The position numbers and the translations under genes were made by a program. A stretch of 64,000 nt of DNA from a virus. Of the stretch, positions 54,992 through 64,000 are shown in pieces; the stretch's first letter is position 1, and the number at the start of each line of letters is the position of its first letter. Below the pieces are notes generated by a model that was not told the DNA's origin, searched no databases, and worked only from the letters and a program-made list of their open reading frames with translations. Where the stretch lies: the IMG/VR virus record IMGVR_UViG_3300033066_001842; one strand, 5' to 3'.

Positions 54992-55408
54992 ATGGCAAGT
55001 ACTCCCCGTTATGGAAAATTTTCACAAGACACTACAGTAACCTGGAGTGACGGAACTCTATTTACAGGTATCCTTTACGTAGCTCTCGTTCCCCCATCTT
55101 ATGACACTCTAACCGATGATGACGCCACAGAAGTAGATTACTCTGCCTTTTTCCCCGCTATTAAAATCCCTACCCGTATGGGAATCCCCGTTGTCCAGGG
55201 AAAGTATGCAAACCAACTTGGGCTCTATTACAATGAGGACTTAGTTCCTCCCAATTCCCGTTATGCCTGCAAACTCTATGATTCTACGGGACGTTCTGTA
55301 TCTTCTATGTCTGCTCTTTTTGCTGTGGACTCAAACCCAATAGATACACTTCCGACAATTACACCAACTGCACCCTCAGTAGGAGACAATATCCCCCAAC
55401 CGAATTGA
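54992..55408 (+). CDS. hypothetical protein
   Basis: 138 aa. Confidence 0.4.
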   Translation: MASTPRYGKFSQDTTVTWSDGTLFTGILYVALVPPSYDTLTDDDATEVDYSAFFPAIKIPTRMGIPVVQGKYANQLGLYYNEDLVPPNSRYACKLYDSTGRSVSSMSALFAVDSNPIDTLPTITPTAPSVGDNIPQPN

Positions 55409-55641
55409 GCGCTTATATGACAGAAATTTATTCTTTAGGTTTAGGACTTGTAACATCAATTGTAATTATTGGAATTGCATGGGGAAAACTTTCTTCCCGT
55501 ATTGATAATCTCGAAAAGAAAGTGGACAACTGGGATATTACCAAAGAACTTCTTACCCAATTACGCCTAGATGTTGCTAAAATTGGAGTAGAACTACACG
55601 CATTGCGTCAACTATATGAAGTCAAATCTAATCATCAATGA
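55405..55641 (+). CDS. small membrane protein (holin-like?)
   Basis: 78 aa, one TM helix LGLGLVTSIVIIGIAWG then a charged helix. Confidence 0.3.
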   Translation: MSAYMTEIYSLGLGLVTSIVIIGIAWGKLSSRIDNLEKKVDNWDITKELLTQLRLDVAKIGVELHALRQLYEVKSNHQ

Positions 55642-56275
55642 TACGGAGCACCAACAAAAAGTAGCTATTCGTAAAGCTTACGATACCGACTACGAAAAAA
55701 AGCTACAATGGGCGAAAGAAAACGAAGCCCATAACATCTACCTCGAAGACGAAAACATTTCTCCTGCAAACGCGGCATCACAATTAGGTAGACCGTTATC
55801 ATCCCACCAGCTAGAAAACATACTATCGAAACTAAACCCAAACCTAATATTTGAATACAACTGGTGGAATCCAGGTATGAAAGCAATGTATATTCCCGAA
55901 AAAGGTGAAAAAAAATATTTACTTTCATATCACGTTTTTATGCCTGAACACTCCGTAATGAAACGTAAAGAAGAAACCGTTATCGATTACGAGCAACTAA
56001 AAACACCGTTGAAACGTTCTGATCTCCCCAAACACGAATGGGTTCCTGGAAAAGGTTACGTATTCGATGGGCTACCCCCTGGTTGGAAAAAAGTTCAACG
56101 CCCTTGGGGTGAACAAACTCGCGGTTGGAGAACAGTATTACTAAAACTTATCATTGAAAAAATAATCACCGTCTCCCAAGTGGAAAAATATTTCTCTAAC
56201 CCATCCTCAAAGTTTGGGCAACGTGCTTGGGCCTACCATACCGGAGCCCAACCAAAGGCGGAAATACCCTTCTAA
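55616..56275 (+). CDS. hypothetical protein
   Basis: 219 aa. Confidence 0.4.
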   Translation: MKSNLIINDTEHQQKVAIRKAYDTDYEKKLQWAKENEAHNIYLEDENISPANAASQLGRPLSSHQLENILSKLNPNLIFEYNWWNPGMKAMYIPEKGEKKYLLSYHVFMPEHSVMKRKEETVIDYEQLKTPLKRSDLPKHEWVPGKGYVFDGLPPGWKKVQRPWGEQTRGWRTVLLKLIIEKIITVSQVEKYFSNPSSKFGQRAWAYHTGAQPKAEIPF

Positions 56276-56622
56276 TTATGTCAAAAACTGAAGAAAAACA
56301 ACTCTGTGAAAATTGCCTCTATTGGGCTCTACAACCCAATTCCAACGACATTGGTATTTGCCAAATAGAGCGCATTTTTGCTCCAAACACCCACTCACAA
56401 TTGGGTGGAAAACTATTCACCGATTACAACTTTGGTTGCACTCAATTTACACCTTCTGAGGAATATGCCAAAGTGCTAATCCTACCAACTCGTAATACAG
56501 AAAATGAAAAAGGGAAGCTCTCCAATCAATCTGAAGGAAAAGCTTCCCTAACAAAACCACCAACCAAACGTCTAGCTACTTCCGAACCAACAAATCCGTT
56601 CCCCGCACAAGCTTCCGATTAG
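56227..56622 (+). CDS. hypothetical protein
   Basis: 131 aa. Confidence 0.35.
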   Translation: MGLPYRSPTKGGNTLLIMSKTEEKQLCENCLYWALQPNSNDIGICQIERIFAPNTHSQLGGKLFTDYNFGCTQFTPSEEYAKVLILPTRNTENEKGKLSNQSEGKASLTKPPTKRLATSEPTNPFPAQASD

Positions 56623-57649
56623 GGCTCTTGCTCTGAACGAAAATATCCCAATTTGCATGATTCCCTGGAGAAACCCTCAAAATAGTTCCACTCTGGGGAA
56701 CCATGTTTAACGCTTTCCGCACGTCTCCCCCAAAAATCCGCTTAGTAACCTTATCCCGAACCACAATCTCTTTATCGGGTTGAATCAACTCACGTTTCAT
56801 CAACGTATAAAAAGCTTTCCCCTCTGCTGGCGAATAATTCTTACCAGTCTTATATTGATAAAAGCTGGTAATATCCGTTTCCTTATCAATCTTGTGGCTC
56901 TTATAATCCGTTGTTACATCAACCAACTTATCTTTCTTGGGATCAAGGTTTGAGGCATCGGAATAAAAACTTGCAGTCTTAGTTTGTCCTGCCGCTCTCG
57001 AAGCCATATAAGATTGTGTAGCTGCTAACGTTTGTGTTTGAACTTTCCCGTAGCTTGCTTCCGTTTTTCCATCCCATTCCGTAATATTTTCCAATGGAAT
57101 GACATATCTTGAACCAATTATAGCTTTTGTTCCTTGCGGAACAAGCATACAAAAGGTATAGTGATCCCCCTTTTGCTTCAACTCAATCATTTTGCGAACT
57201 GCATAATCCTTGTATAGTGAAGACTGATTTTCTTCCCCATCAGTCATTACAATAATTAGGTATCCCCAATCATCAGTTACCGCATCATCAATACTTTCAA
57301 AAGGCTGCAAAAGATCAATGGACTTACCGATACCATCATTTAGGGCAGTCCAACCATTACAACTATACCTCAGATCGTCTAATCCTGAGGAATTAATATT
57401 TAGATTCATTTTTTGAAACTTAACTTCGGTTTGAAAAGTTCCAACTGAAACAAAAGTTTCGCCAACTTGGGATTCACGAAGTTTGGCAATTTGTTTGGCA
57501 AAACTTTCTTTTACCTTTGGAGTTAGGGAAATCATTGACCCTGACTCATCCAACATAATAACTACTCGTGTAATAGATCCTCCCTTTTTCACAGGTTTGT
57601 TTACAATTTCGGGCGTTACAAAAAGATTTTTACGACTATTTGAACTCAT
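56576..57649 (-). CDS. von Willebrand factor A domain protein
   Basis: N-terminal VVIMLDESGSMISL (MIDAS DxSGS) followed by a vWA-like alpha/beta region; the only minus-strand gene in the virion block. Confidence 0.5.
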   Translation of the reverse strand: MSSNSRKNLFVTPEIVNKPVKKGGSITRVVIMLDESGSMISLTPKVKESFAKQIAKLRESQVGETFVSVGTFQTEVKFQKMNLNINSSGLDDLRYSCNGWTALNDGIGKSIDLLQPFESIDDAVTDDWGYLIIVMTDGEENQSSLYKDYAVRKMIELKQKGDHYTFCMLVPQGTKAIIGSRYVIPLENITEWDGKTEASYGKVQTQTLAATQSYMASRAAGQTKTASFYSDASNLDPKKDKLVDVTTDYKSHKIDKETDITSFYQYKTGKNYSPAEGKAFYTLMKRELIQPDKEIVVRDKVTKRIFGGDVRKALNMVPQSGTILRVSPGNHANWDIFVQSKSPNRKLVRGTDLLVRK

Positions 57650-57830
57650 ATTTCCTCGTTTTTCAAAAAAATTTAAACCTCACCAAAGAGAGGGAAAGGT
57701 TAGGCGGTTGCAGAACCTCGCCCTCGTGCTTCGGTTTTTGGTGGCTAACCCAATGATACCAAATTAGACAAGCGGTGTCAATACCTCGAATATCAATAGT
57801 TGATACGTGGTAAAATAATATTAGGATTTT

Positions 57831-58244
57831 ATGGCAAAAGAAACAAATCTTATTTCAGGTTTATCAACCGAACAATTGGCAATTATTGCGCAAGCTATTT
57901 CTTCAGCTTCAGGTGGTGGTTCTGACGCCATCAACAAAATGGTTGAAAACATCAACCGTAGAATGCAGAAACAGGAAGCAGAAGAGGAAGAAACCTTACG
58001 TGTTGCGATGGAGCAACGTAAACAAGGGGCTCTAAACTGGGCGAAGAAAGTAAAAGATGAGGAAGCAAAACAAGAAAGTTGCGCTCACATTAAACCTAAT
58101 CGTCAAACAGCTATTTGCGGCCAACGTGACCACGGACACAATACCCACTATTTCTGTATGCTTTGCAACAAGCATTTCTTAGGTCAAGAACTTCCCAATT
58201 GGTTAGCTCCTGATCCTATGATTATTGGAGGGCCAGTACTGTAA
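57831..58244 (+). CDS. hypothetical protein
   Basis: 137 aa, C-terminal CAHIKP...CMLCNKH Cys pairs. Confidence 0.35.
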   Translation: MAKETNLISGLSTEQLAIIAQAISSASGGGSDAINKMVENINRRMQKQEAEEEETLRVAMEQRKQGALNWAKKVKDEEAKQESCAHIKPNRQTAICGQRDHGHNTHYFCMLCNKHFLGQELPNWLAPDPMIIGGPVL

Positions 58245-58933
58245 TGTCCGCAACTATCCGTCCAGTGGACGCGCTAGAATATGCTAAAAAATTCATTAAA
58301 AATATGCCTTTGGAGCAACTTCAAGCGCGTATTCTTGATGATGCGAATAAGTATATCTGGATGGCGGCTCCCTGGAGATGGACAGTTAGTTCGATTTCAA
58401 CAACAATTCCCCTAGTATCTGGAACCGTTGATTATACATTATCGACACCTACTAATTTTTTACGAGCGTTAAATGCTTATATTTCAGACGGTTCCACTCC
58501 TAATCAATATTTAGATATTGCCCCTTCTCTCCCTACAACAATGGTACAACGTGGTGTTCCTACCCGTATTGCATATATGGGCTCGAATACTTGGCGTGTG
58601 TATCCAAAACCTGTAGTACCAACATCTCAAGAAGTGGTAATTGAGTACAAGAAAAAAGCCCCAGTAATTACTAATCAAACTTCATATACACCTGGATTTT
58701 TGGAAATGGATGATGAATGGTTCTGGGTATATGAACAAGCTGTATTATATAAAGCATATTGGTATGCTGACGATTTTCAAAAAGGTGGAAATACACAGTA
58801 TGCCGATGGGCGTTATAGTATGACTGCCGCACGTGGAGAATTGGAAACTTCTATCCAAATGATGAGAGAACGTGAACCAATTCCAATTTATCAATTCCAA
58901 ACTGTTCCTGATTTGAAAGCTGGTACAAGATAA
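58244..58933 (+). CDS. putative tail/baseplate protein
   Basis: 229 aa, translationally coupled to its neighbours. Confidence 0.35.
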   Translation: MSATIRPVDALEYAKKFIKNMPLEQLQARILDDANKYIWMAAPWRWTVSSISTTIPLVSGTVDYTLSTPTNFLRALNAYISDGSTPNQYLDIAPSLPTTMVQRGVPTRIAYMGSNTWRVYPKPVVPTSQEVVIEYKKKAPVITNQTSYTPGFLEMDDEWFWVYEQAVLYKAYWYADDFQKGGNTQYADGRYSMTAARGELETSIQMMREREPIPIYQFQTVPDLKAGTR

Positions 58934-59679
58934 TGGCATACACATATGACCAAATGTTACGCATCCTAACTCGACAAGTGCCTAAAAACATTGTGGAGGA
59001 TCATGGTTCTGAAATCTGCAATCTTGTAACGCAAGAAGTGTGGCGCAAATATGATTGGCGTGAAACTCTAAAAACCTTACCACCTTTCTACCTAATCCCT
59101 AATCAACAGGATTATGGAGCCCCATTTGTATCTGTACCTTCTGATTTCTACGGAATTCGACAAGCTTATTACTCATATCTGGGGCAAACACCAACTTTAC
59201 GCCGTATGTTAAAGGTAGTAAAGGACTTACAGTTAACCACAGCACGTCAATTACCAACATCAATTTGTTATAATCCCGACACTTCATCTTTCCGCATTTT
59301 CCCACGTGTACCGGAAAGTTGTGGAGCCCCTAACTATATGGTTGACGGAACCTATAAAAAGCTTCCTACAGCGATTACAACGGCCAATATGACAAGTAAT
59401 CTTCCAATTGCACCCATGTATTTCCAAATGTGGCTAAGCGGCTTCTTATGGGCTGGAAAAATGCTTATGGGTGATCCTGGCGCGGGACAATCTCAATATG
59501 GAGATGGCCAAGTTTCTTATACTGGTTATCTGGCTAACTTCCAATTGCATATGGATAGAGCGGCTGAAGCTGAAGGATTAGAACTTGGTGACCCAACAAT
59601 TGCGCCCTCCGAACCTTTGATTTGGGGAACTTTCCAACAAGGTATCGGCTATGGTGGAAACTATGGATTCTTTTTTTAA
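58933..59679 (+). CDS. putative tail/baseplate protein
   Basis: 248 aa. Confidence 0.35.
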   Translation: MAYTYDQMLRILTRQVPKNIVEDHGSEICNLVTQEVWRKYDWRETLKTLPPFYLIPNQQDYGAPFVSVPSDFYGIRQAYYSYLGQTPTLRRMLKVVKDLQLTTARQLPTSICYNPDTSSFRIFPRVPESCGAPNYMVDGTYKKLPTAITTANMTSNLPIAPMYFQMWLSGFLWAGKMLMGDPGAGQSQYGDGQVSYTGYLANFQLHMDRAAEAEGLELGDPTIAPSEPLIWGTFQQGIGYGGNYGFFF

Positions 59680-59763
59680 GGAGTAATTATGCATAAAGCA
59701 AAAAATAAAAAAGTAAAACCCCTCTCTAAAGGGGCTATGGATAAGCTAAAGAAAGGCTGCTAA

Positions 59764-60015
59764 ATGAACGACTTAACGGATTTCCTTTTTGGAAAAAAAG
59801 TGCTTAAGAAAGCTGCGGGAGAAACTGAAACTCCCAAACCAACTACACAATCTACAGATTATGTAGCAGAGCAAATTAAAAAATCTAAAAAAAGCACAGA
59901 ACCTCCAATTGAATATGATTTTAATCCAAATCAAGTAAAAGACGCTAAAAAGCCAGCTAAACCTATGGCTCCCACAGCTTTAGATAAATTAAAAAAACCT
60001 CAACCTAAATATTGA
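59764..60015 (+). CDS. hypothetical K-rich small protein
   Basis: 83 aa. Confidence 0.3.
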   Translation: MNDLTDFLFGKKVLKKAAGETETPKPTTQSTDYVAEQIKKSKKSTEPPIEYDFNPNQVKDAKKPAKPMAPTALDKLKKPQPKY

Positions 60016-60037
60016 TATAATATTAGTTGAGGATATT

Positions 60038-60550
60038 ATGATTAATAAGGATAGCCGTTATTTATTTCAAGTTTTTCAAACTAATGATGATTTACGCAGT
60101 GTTGGGCTTGAAGTTACACCATACAACGACAAGAAACCCCGTAAACATTGGATTGACCCAAACCCAAAGCTTAATGAAGATGGCTTAGCCGAATACAAAG
60201 TATTTGCATATGCTGGAAGTGTGGTAAAAACTACACCTTCTGGCCAACCCAAATTTACAACACTTCTGTTAACTCCTGAAGATGCTAAATCATTTAATAT
60301 TCCTGACATTGATTTTTCTGGAAAACGCCCTGAACCTGTGCAAATTGGAACAGTGCCTACACCTTTACGTGAATTAAAAGAAAATGAAACTTGGAAAATT
60401 CAACTATTTGGAGAACCTTTAATCGTTACCAAAGACCCTGTTAAAGTACCTGAAGCGGGAACTTCACTATCTCTTGACAAGGTTTATGATGCAATTCAAG
60501 AGGTTTCAGAAAAACTAAACCGAATCATGAACCTATTAGGGGGTAATTAA
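60038..60550 (+). CDS. hypothetical virion protein
   Basis: 170 aa. Confidence 0.35.
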   Translation: MINKDSRYLFQVFQTNDDLRSVGLEVTPYNDKKPRKHWIDPNPKLNEDGLAEYKVFAYAGSVVKTTPSGQPKFTTLLLTPEDAKSFNIPDIDFSGKRPEPVQIGTVPTPLRELKENETWKIQLFGEPLIVTKDPVKVPEAGTSLSLDKVYDAIQEVSEKLNRIMNLLGGN

Positions 60551-62031
60551 TGGCTCAAATCAATCTAGATGATTACATTCCAGCGGGAGGGTATGGCGGA
60601 TTTCGTAGAGGTACTGAGGAATCCAATCCTACAAATTACAACCCTACAGCGGGAATGATTAACTGGGCTCCGCAAACTCCAGGTGGGGCTTTCGCAATGA
60701 CTCCAGGAAGTCAAGGAAACCCTTTTGCTGGAACTCTTGTAGACAATGCTGGTACAACTGACGATCCAAATTCCAATTCTATTTTAGCTTGGTTACAAGC
60801 AAATGGAATTACTCCACCAACTGATCCAGTTACAGGTGGAGGGGGAACACCATCAACTCCGGGAAATCCACCACCCCCTCCAAGTACTTCGCAAGGGAAT
60901 CCACCAACTTTTGCGCCAACTAGTGCTCAAGTAGCTGCTAATCCTGGTGCATATCGTGGAACTTCGTTTGATCCTACTCGTAGCGCCCAAAGTGAAGGTT
61001 ATGGTCCTTCTGGCGGTGCGAATACTCCTATGTCCGATTATGTAAACGGGGCGGGAGAAACAATTCATGGTTATATTCAACCAAATACTGTAAATCCAAA
61101 GGGAGATGGTTCGGTATTAGACTGGTTACGTAAAGTTGACCAAGTTTCTTTCCAAAACCATCTTTCTCCATTCTTACAACAAAATGGACTAATGCAAGAT
61201 ACGCCTGAAGCTAAAGCAAAGCTTCAACAACTTGGTACCGGATTTTTTGAAAACTTAATCAAACAAGGAATTACTCGCCAAGGTGGGGGAAAATATGCGT
61301 TAGGTTCGCAATCTTTTGACGTAGCAGGGCCAATTAATTCAGCAATGAATAACCCTAATTTCTACGCAAACCAAAATCGCGGAGGAGTTCCAGGACCACA
61401 AAATACAGGAAATGCAACACCGCCTCCAGGTGGGCAAGCGCCTCCTCCAAAAGTTCCAGATACTAAAGCAATCCCTACAGGTGGTTTAGATCCTGGCCCA
61501 GGTGCGAATACTCAAACACCCTGGAACCAATCTTCACAATACAATGCCCTGCAAGAACAAATTAAAAACGGTTCTGCTGTAAATCCCATCTATCAAATGA
61601 TGATGATGGCGGCAAAAGGTGGAGGCCCAGATATTACGGGACAAGTAAAACCTGAATGGAGTTTTGACAATTATACAAAAGCTGGTGGACAAACTCAAGG
61701 CTACGATAATTGGCTAGGACAACAATTAGCTACAAATGGCGGAACTGCTCCGCAAACACAACAACAAGCTAATGCTCTGCAATCGTCAATGACCCAACCA
61801 TATCAAAATCCTCAAAAAGATTTTAATACAAATTGGGGACCAACTGATAGTGCTAGTGGTGGTTTAGCTAGTACTGCTGCTGGACAAACAGGTGGTTCAA
61901 CTCCTCCCGCAACTCCAGGGGCAGCTTCATCATTATCTAGACCCTCTGCCCTTCCAGGTGGAGGTTATAACCGCAATACAGCCGAAAGCGGAAATAACAA
62001 CAATTGGTCATACTTCTCTAAATTCGCCTAA
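60550..62031 (+). CDS. low-complexity G/P/N/Q-rich virion protein
   Basis: 493 aa, PPPPP and GG runs, no catalytic motif. Confidence 0.4.
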   Translation: MAQINLDDYIPAGGYGGFRRGTEESNPTNYNPTAGMINWAPQTPGGAFAMTPGSQGNPFAGTLVDNAGTTDDPNSNSILAWLQANGITPPTDPVTGGGGTPSTPGNPPPPPSTSQGNPPTFAPTSAQVAANPGAYRGTSFDPTRSAQSEGYGPSGGANTPMSDYVNGAGETIHGYIQPNTVNPKGDGSVLDWLRKVDQVSFQNHLSPFLQQNGLMQDTPEAKAKLQQLGTGFFENLIKQGITRQGGGKYALGSQSFDVAGPINSAMNNPNFYANQNRGGVPGPQNTGNATPPPGGQAPPPKVPDTKAIPTGGLDPGPGANTQTPWNQSSQYNALQEQIKNGSAVNPIYQMMMMAAKGGGPDITGQVKPEWSFDNYTKAGGQTQGYDNWLGQQLATNGGTAPQTQQQANALQSSMTQPYQNPQKDFNTNWGPTDSASGGLASTAAGQTGGSTPPATPGAASSLSRPSALPGGGYNRNTAESGNNNNWSYFSKFA

Positions 62032-62038
62032 TAACTAA

Positions 62039-64000
62039 ATGTCTTTAAATATCGATTGGGATACAATTCAATTCTCTAAATGCGAGTTTCCATATAACCG
62101 CATTGAGGCGGAACTGTCTGAAACTCCACGTATATTTAGGGGCCTAAACTCATATGTAACTTATGGGGGAAAGTTAGGTAAACGCTCTGGTACAACCAAG
62201 ATCGACAATACCGATATCACCAAAAGATGTGATAGACTATGGACATATGAGACTCTTGAATCGCCTCCGAAAATCTATATTATTGGTAGTTTCTACAATC
62301 CTACAACGGGTTATTGGGAACTGTACTATAATAGACTTTCTGGAGGCTCCCCCGGATGGACCGCAGTACCAACCTATAGGGATTCGCAGAGATCGACGCG
62401 GCCACACGTACTTGCTGTATCAAGAGGACTTGCCTACATTACATGCTTTCCAAGTAGCGGCAGTTCTGAAAAACTTGGAACTATCGTCTTTGACGGTTCA
62501 GGAATCTCAAGTCCTGTTACACGCCCTTGGGGATTGCTTGGACCAACTACGCCAGCAGCCCTCGTTGGATCTATCACGCGGACCACAGCAGATATCACAG
62601 CATCGGCCACCACAATTAACTGCGACGACTTATCAACATTCCCGGCCACCCCGTTTATCATACAAATCGATTTCGAACAAATCAACGTAACTACAGTTGT
62701 TGGTGATAACATAACAGCTTGCACACGTGGATACAATGGTACAACCGCTGAAGCTCACGTTGCGAATTCAATTTTAATTTACCGTAATTGGTCGGCTTCC
62801 GATCACAGAGTAGATGTTAACTGGTACTGGCGCTACTCTTATTGCTGGAAAACCGTAACTGGACAACTATCAAATAGAGCCCCATTAGAAACAAACGTAG
62901 ATAAACTACCTTCATCTACTGGGCCTTTTATTGATCTTATTCCAAAGTTTACATTAACCGCGCCACTCGATACAACCAATTTTCCGAAACTTGTAGTATT
63001 TCGTTCTACAGACGGTGGAGGAACTTATTTTGATCTTGAGGAAATAGATAATCCTGGAAGCACGCCTTTTAACTACGAAGACGATTCACTAGAAACTGGT
63101 ACGTCTGGAGGAACTTTCCAAGATCCCGTTCCTGACGACCTTCTAGACACAGCTACAAACGCGCCATCTCTCGTTACAAATTCACCGCCACCAACTGTAT
63201 TAGCTCCTCTTGAAACGGGAGTTGATACACCAGCGGCATGTACACCAATTGCCTATTACTCAGGGCGCTTTTGGAAAGGTATTGGTAACGTTGTTTTCTT
63301 CTCTGGACTTGAAGAAATTAGTGAAGGTATTCCAGAAGAATGTTGGCCTAGCGGGTTACGTGGAAACTTTTTCCGTTTCCAATACCCTATTACCAACCTC
63401 ATTGGAACTGCCGATGCTCTATATGTATTCACCATCCAAAGCATCTACCAAATAACCGGAACCAACAGAGAAACGTTTTCGGTTCGCCCAATTTTCGACA
63501 ACATTGGTCACCCTTACGGACACCCATTAGGTGTAACACGTTGGGGCGACACTATTGCGTTTTTAACACACGATTTCCGTATCGCTGTAGCAAGTGACAG
63601 CAACTTAATCATTGTATCTGACCCTCTATTTACAGATATTGTTGACCAATCATCTCTATATAATGCTCAATTTGACCTTAAATATTGGGGCGACATTGAT
63701 AAAGAATACCTAGTTGTAACTGGCCACGTAATTAACGATACTTCTGCCACTCGCCAATGGGTAATGGATATCAAAAAAACTGGAAAGAAATCCAATTTCC
63801 AGGAATATGAATCTTTCTGGTACACCCCTTGGTCAATTCGTTCTACAGCCTCTCTAAGCGCCCGTATTACAGAAGGTACAGGACAAAGAAGACTTGTATT
63901 TTTCGTTTGGAACAATACAGATAACGTGGGATGCCTTGTTATGCAAGATCCAACTGGGCGAACTGGAACAGATTGGTATCCTGCCGACAACGATAACAAC
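62039..64000 (+). CDS. large tail/fiber-like protein, 3' end beyond the window (partial)
   Basis: ATG at 62039 right after the upstream stop; I read 654 codons through to position 64000 without a stop; absent from the ORF track, presumably because it is open-ended. Confidence 0.55.
   Translation, partial: MSLNIDWDTIQFSKCEFPYNRIEAELSETPRIFRGLNSYVTYGGKLGKRSGTTKIDNTDITKRCDRLWTYETLESPPKIYIIGSFYNPTTGYWELYYNRLSGGSPGWTAVPTYRDSQRSTRPHVLAVSRGLAYITCFPSSGSSEKLGTIVFDGSGISSPVTRPWGLLGPTTPAALVGSITRTTADITASATTINCDDLSTFPATPFIIQIDFEQINVTTVVGDNITACTRGYNGTTAEAHVANSILIYRNWSASDHRVDVNWYWRYSYCWKTVTGQLSNRAPLETNVDKLPSSTGPFIDLIPKFTLTAPLDTTNFPKLVVFRSTDGGGTYFDLEEIDNPGSTPFNYEDDSLETGTSGGTFQDPVPDDLLDTATNAPSLVTNSPPPTVLAPLETGVDTPAACTPIAYYSGRFWKGIGNVVFFSGLEEISEGIPEECWPSGLRGNFFRFQYPITNLIGTADALYVFTIQSIYQITGTNRETFSVRPIFDNIGHPYGHPLGVTRWGDTIAFLTHDFRIAVASDSNLIIVSDPLFTDIVDQSSLYNAQFDLKYWGDIDKEYLVVTGHVINDTSATRQWVMDIKKTGKKSNFQEYESFWYTPWSIRSTASLSARITEGTGQRRLVFFVWNNTDNVGCLVMQDPTGRTGTDWYPADNDNN

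Overview
This window looks like a segment of a large tailed dsDNA phage genome or prophage, at about 38% GC, with no integrase visible in the window. The left ~29 kb is a minus-strand replication, nucleotide-metabolism and recombination block. It encodes a family A DNA polymerase interrupted by a LAGLIDADG intein, a family 4-like UDG, MazG, an HD hydrolase, a metallophosphoesterase, an SPFH protein, an SSB-like protein with a DDDIPF tail, two P-loop ATPases, a Cas4-like nuclease and a ParB-like protein. The right ~25 kb (39.3-64 kb) is a plus-strand virion module: JAMM protein, putative large terminase, portal, scaffold, capsid, glycosyltransferases and tail proteins, running off the window end in a long ORF missing from the ORF track. 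About 27 tRNA or tRNA-like genes sit in three clusters (110-1830 plus, 13500-14590 minus, 34300-36730 plus), interleaved with two HNH homing endonucleases. A Ro60/TROVE+vWA orthologue (16521..18212, minus) lies about 3-4.5 kb upstream (same strand) of two tandem 130-nt RNAs. These have perfect tRNA acceptor, D and T arms but carry a conserved ~70-nt structured insert where the anticodon arm should be; they are candidate Y-RNA-like tRNA mimics or a new class of interrupted tRNA, and are the most interesting feature. Other unusual items are two Leu-anticodon tRNAs without long variable arms, a 92-nt tRNA with a 9-nt anticodon loop, and orphan tRNA 3' halves. A GC-rich plus-strand island (29.5-31.9 kb) is flanked by AGTACT-based iteron arrays, and the window also carries a prs-nadV NAD-salvage pair. 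All calls rest on manual motif reading; no database searches were run.
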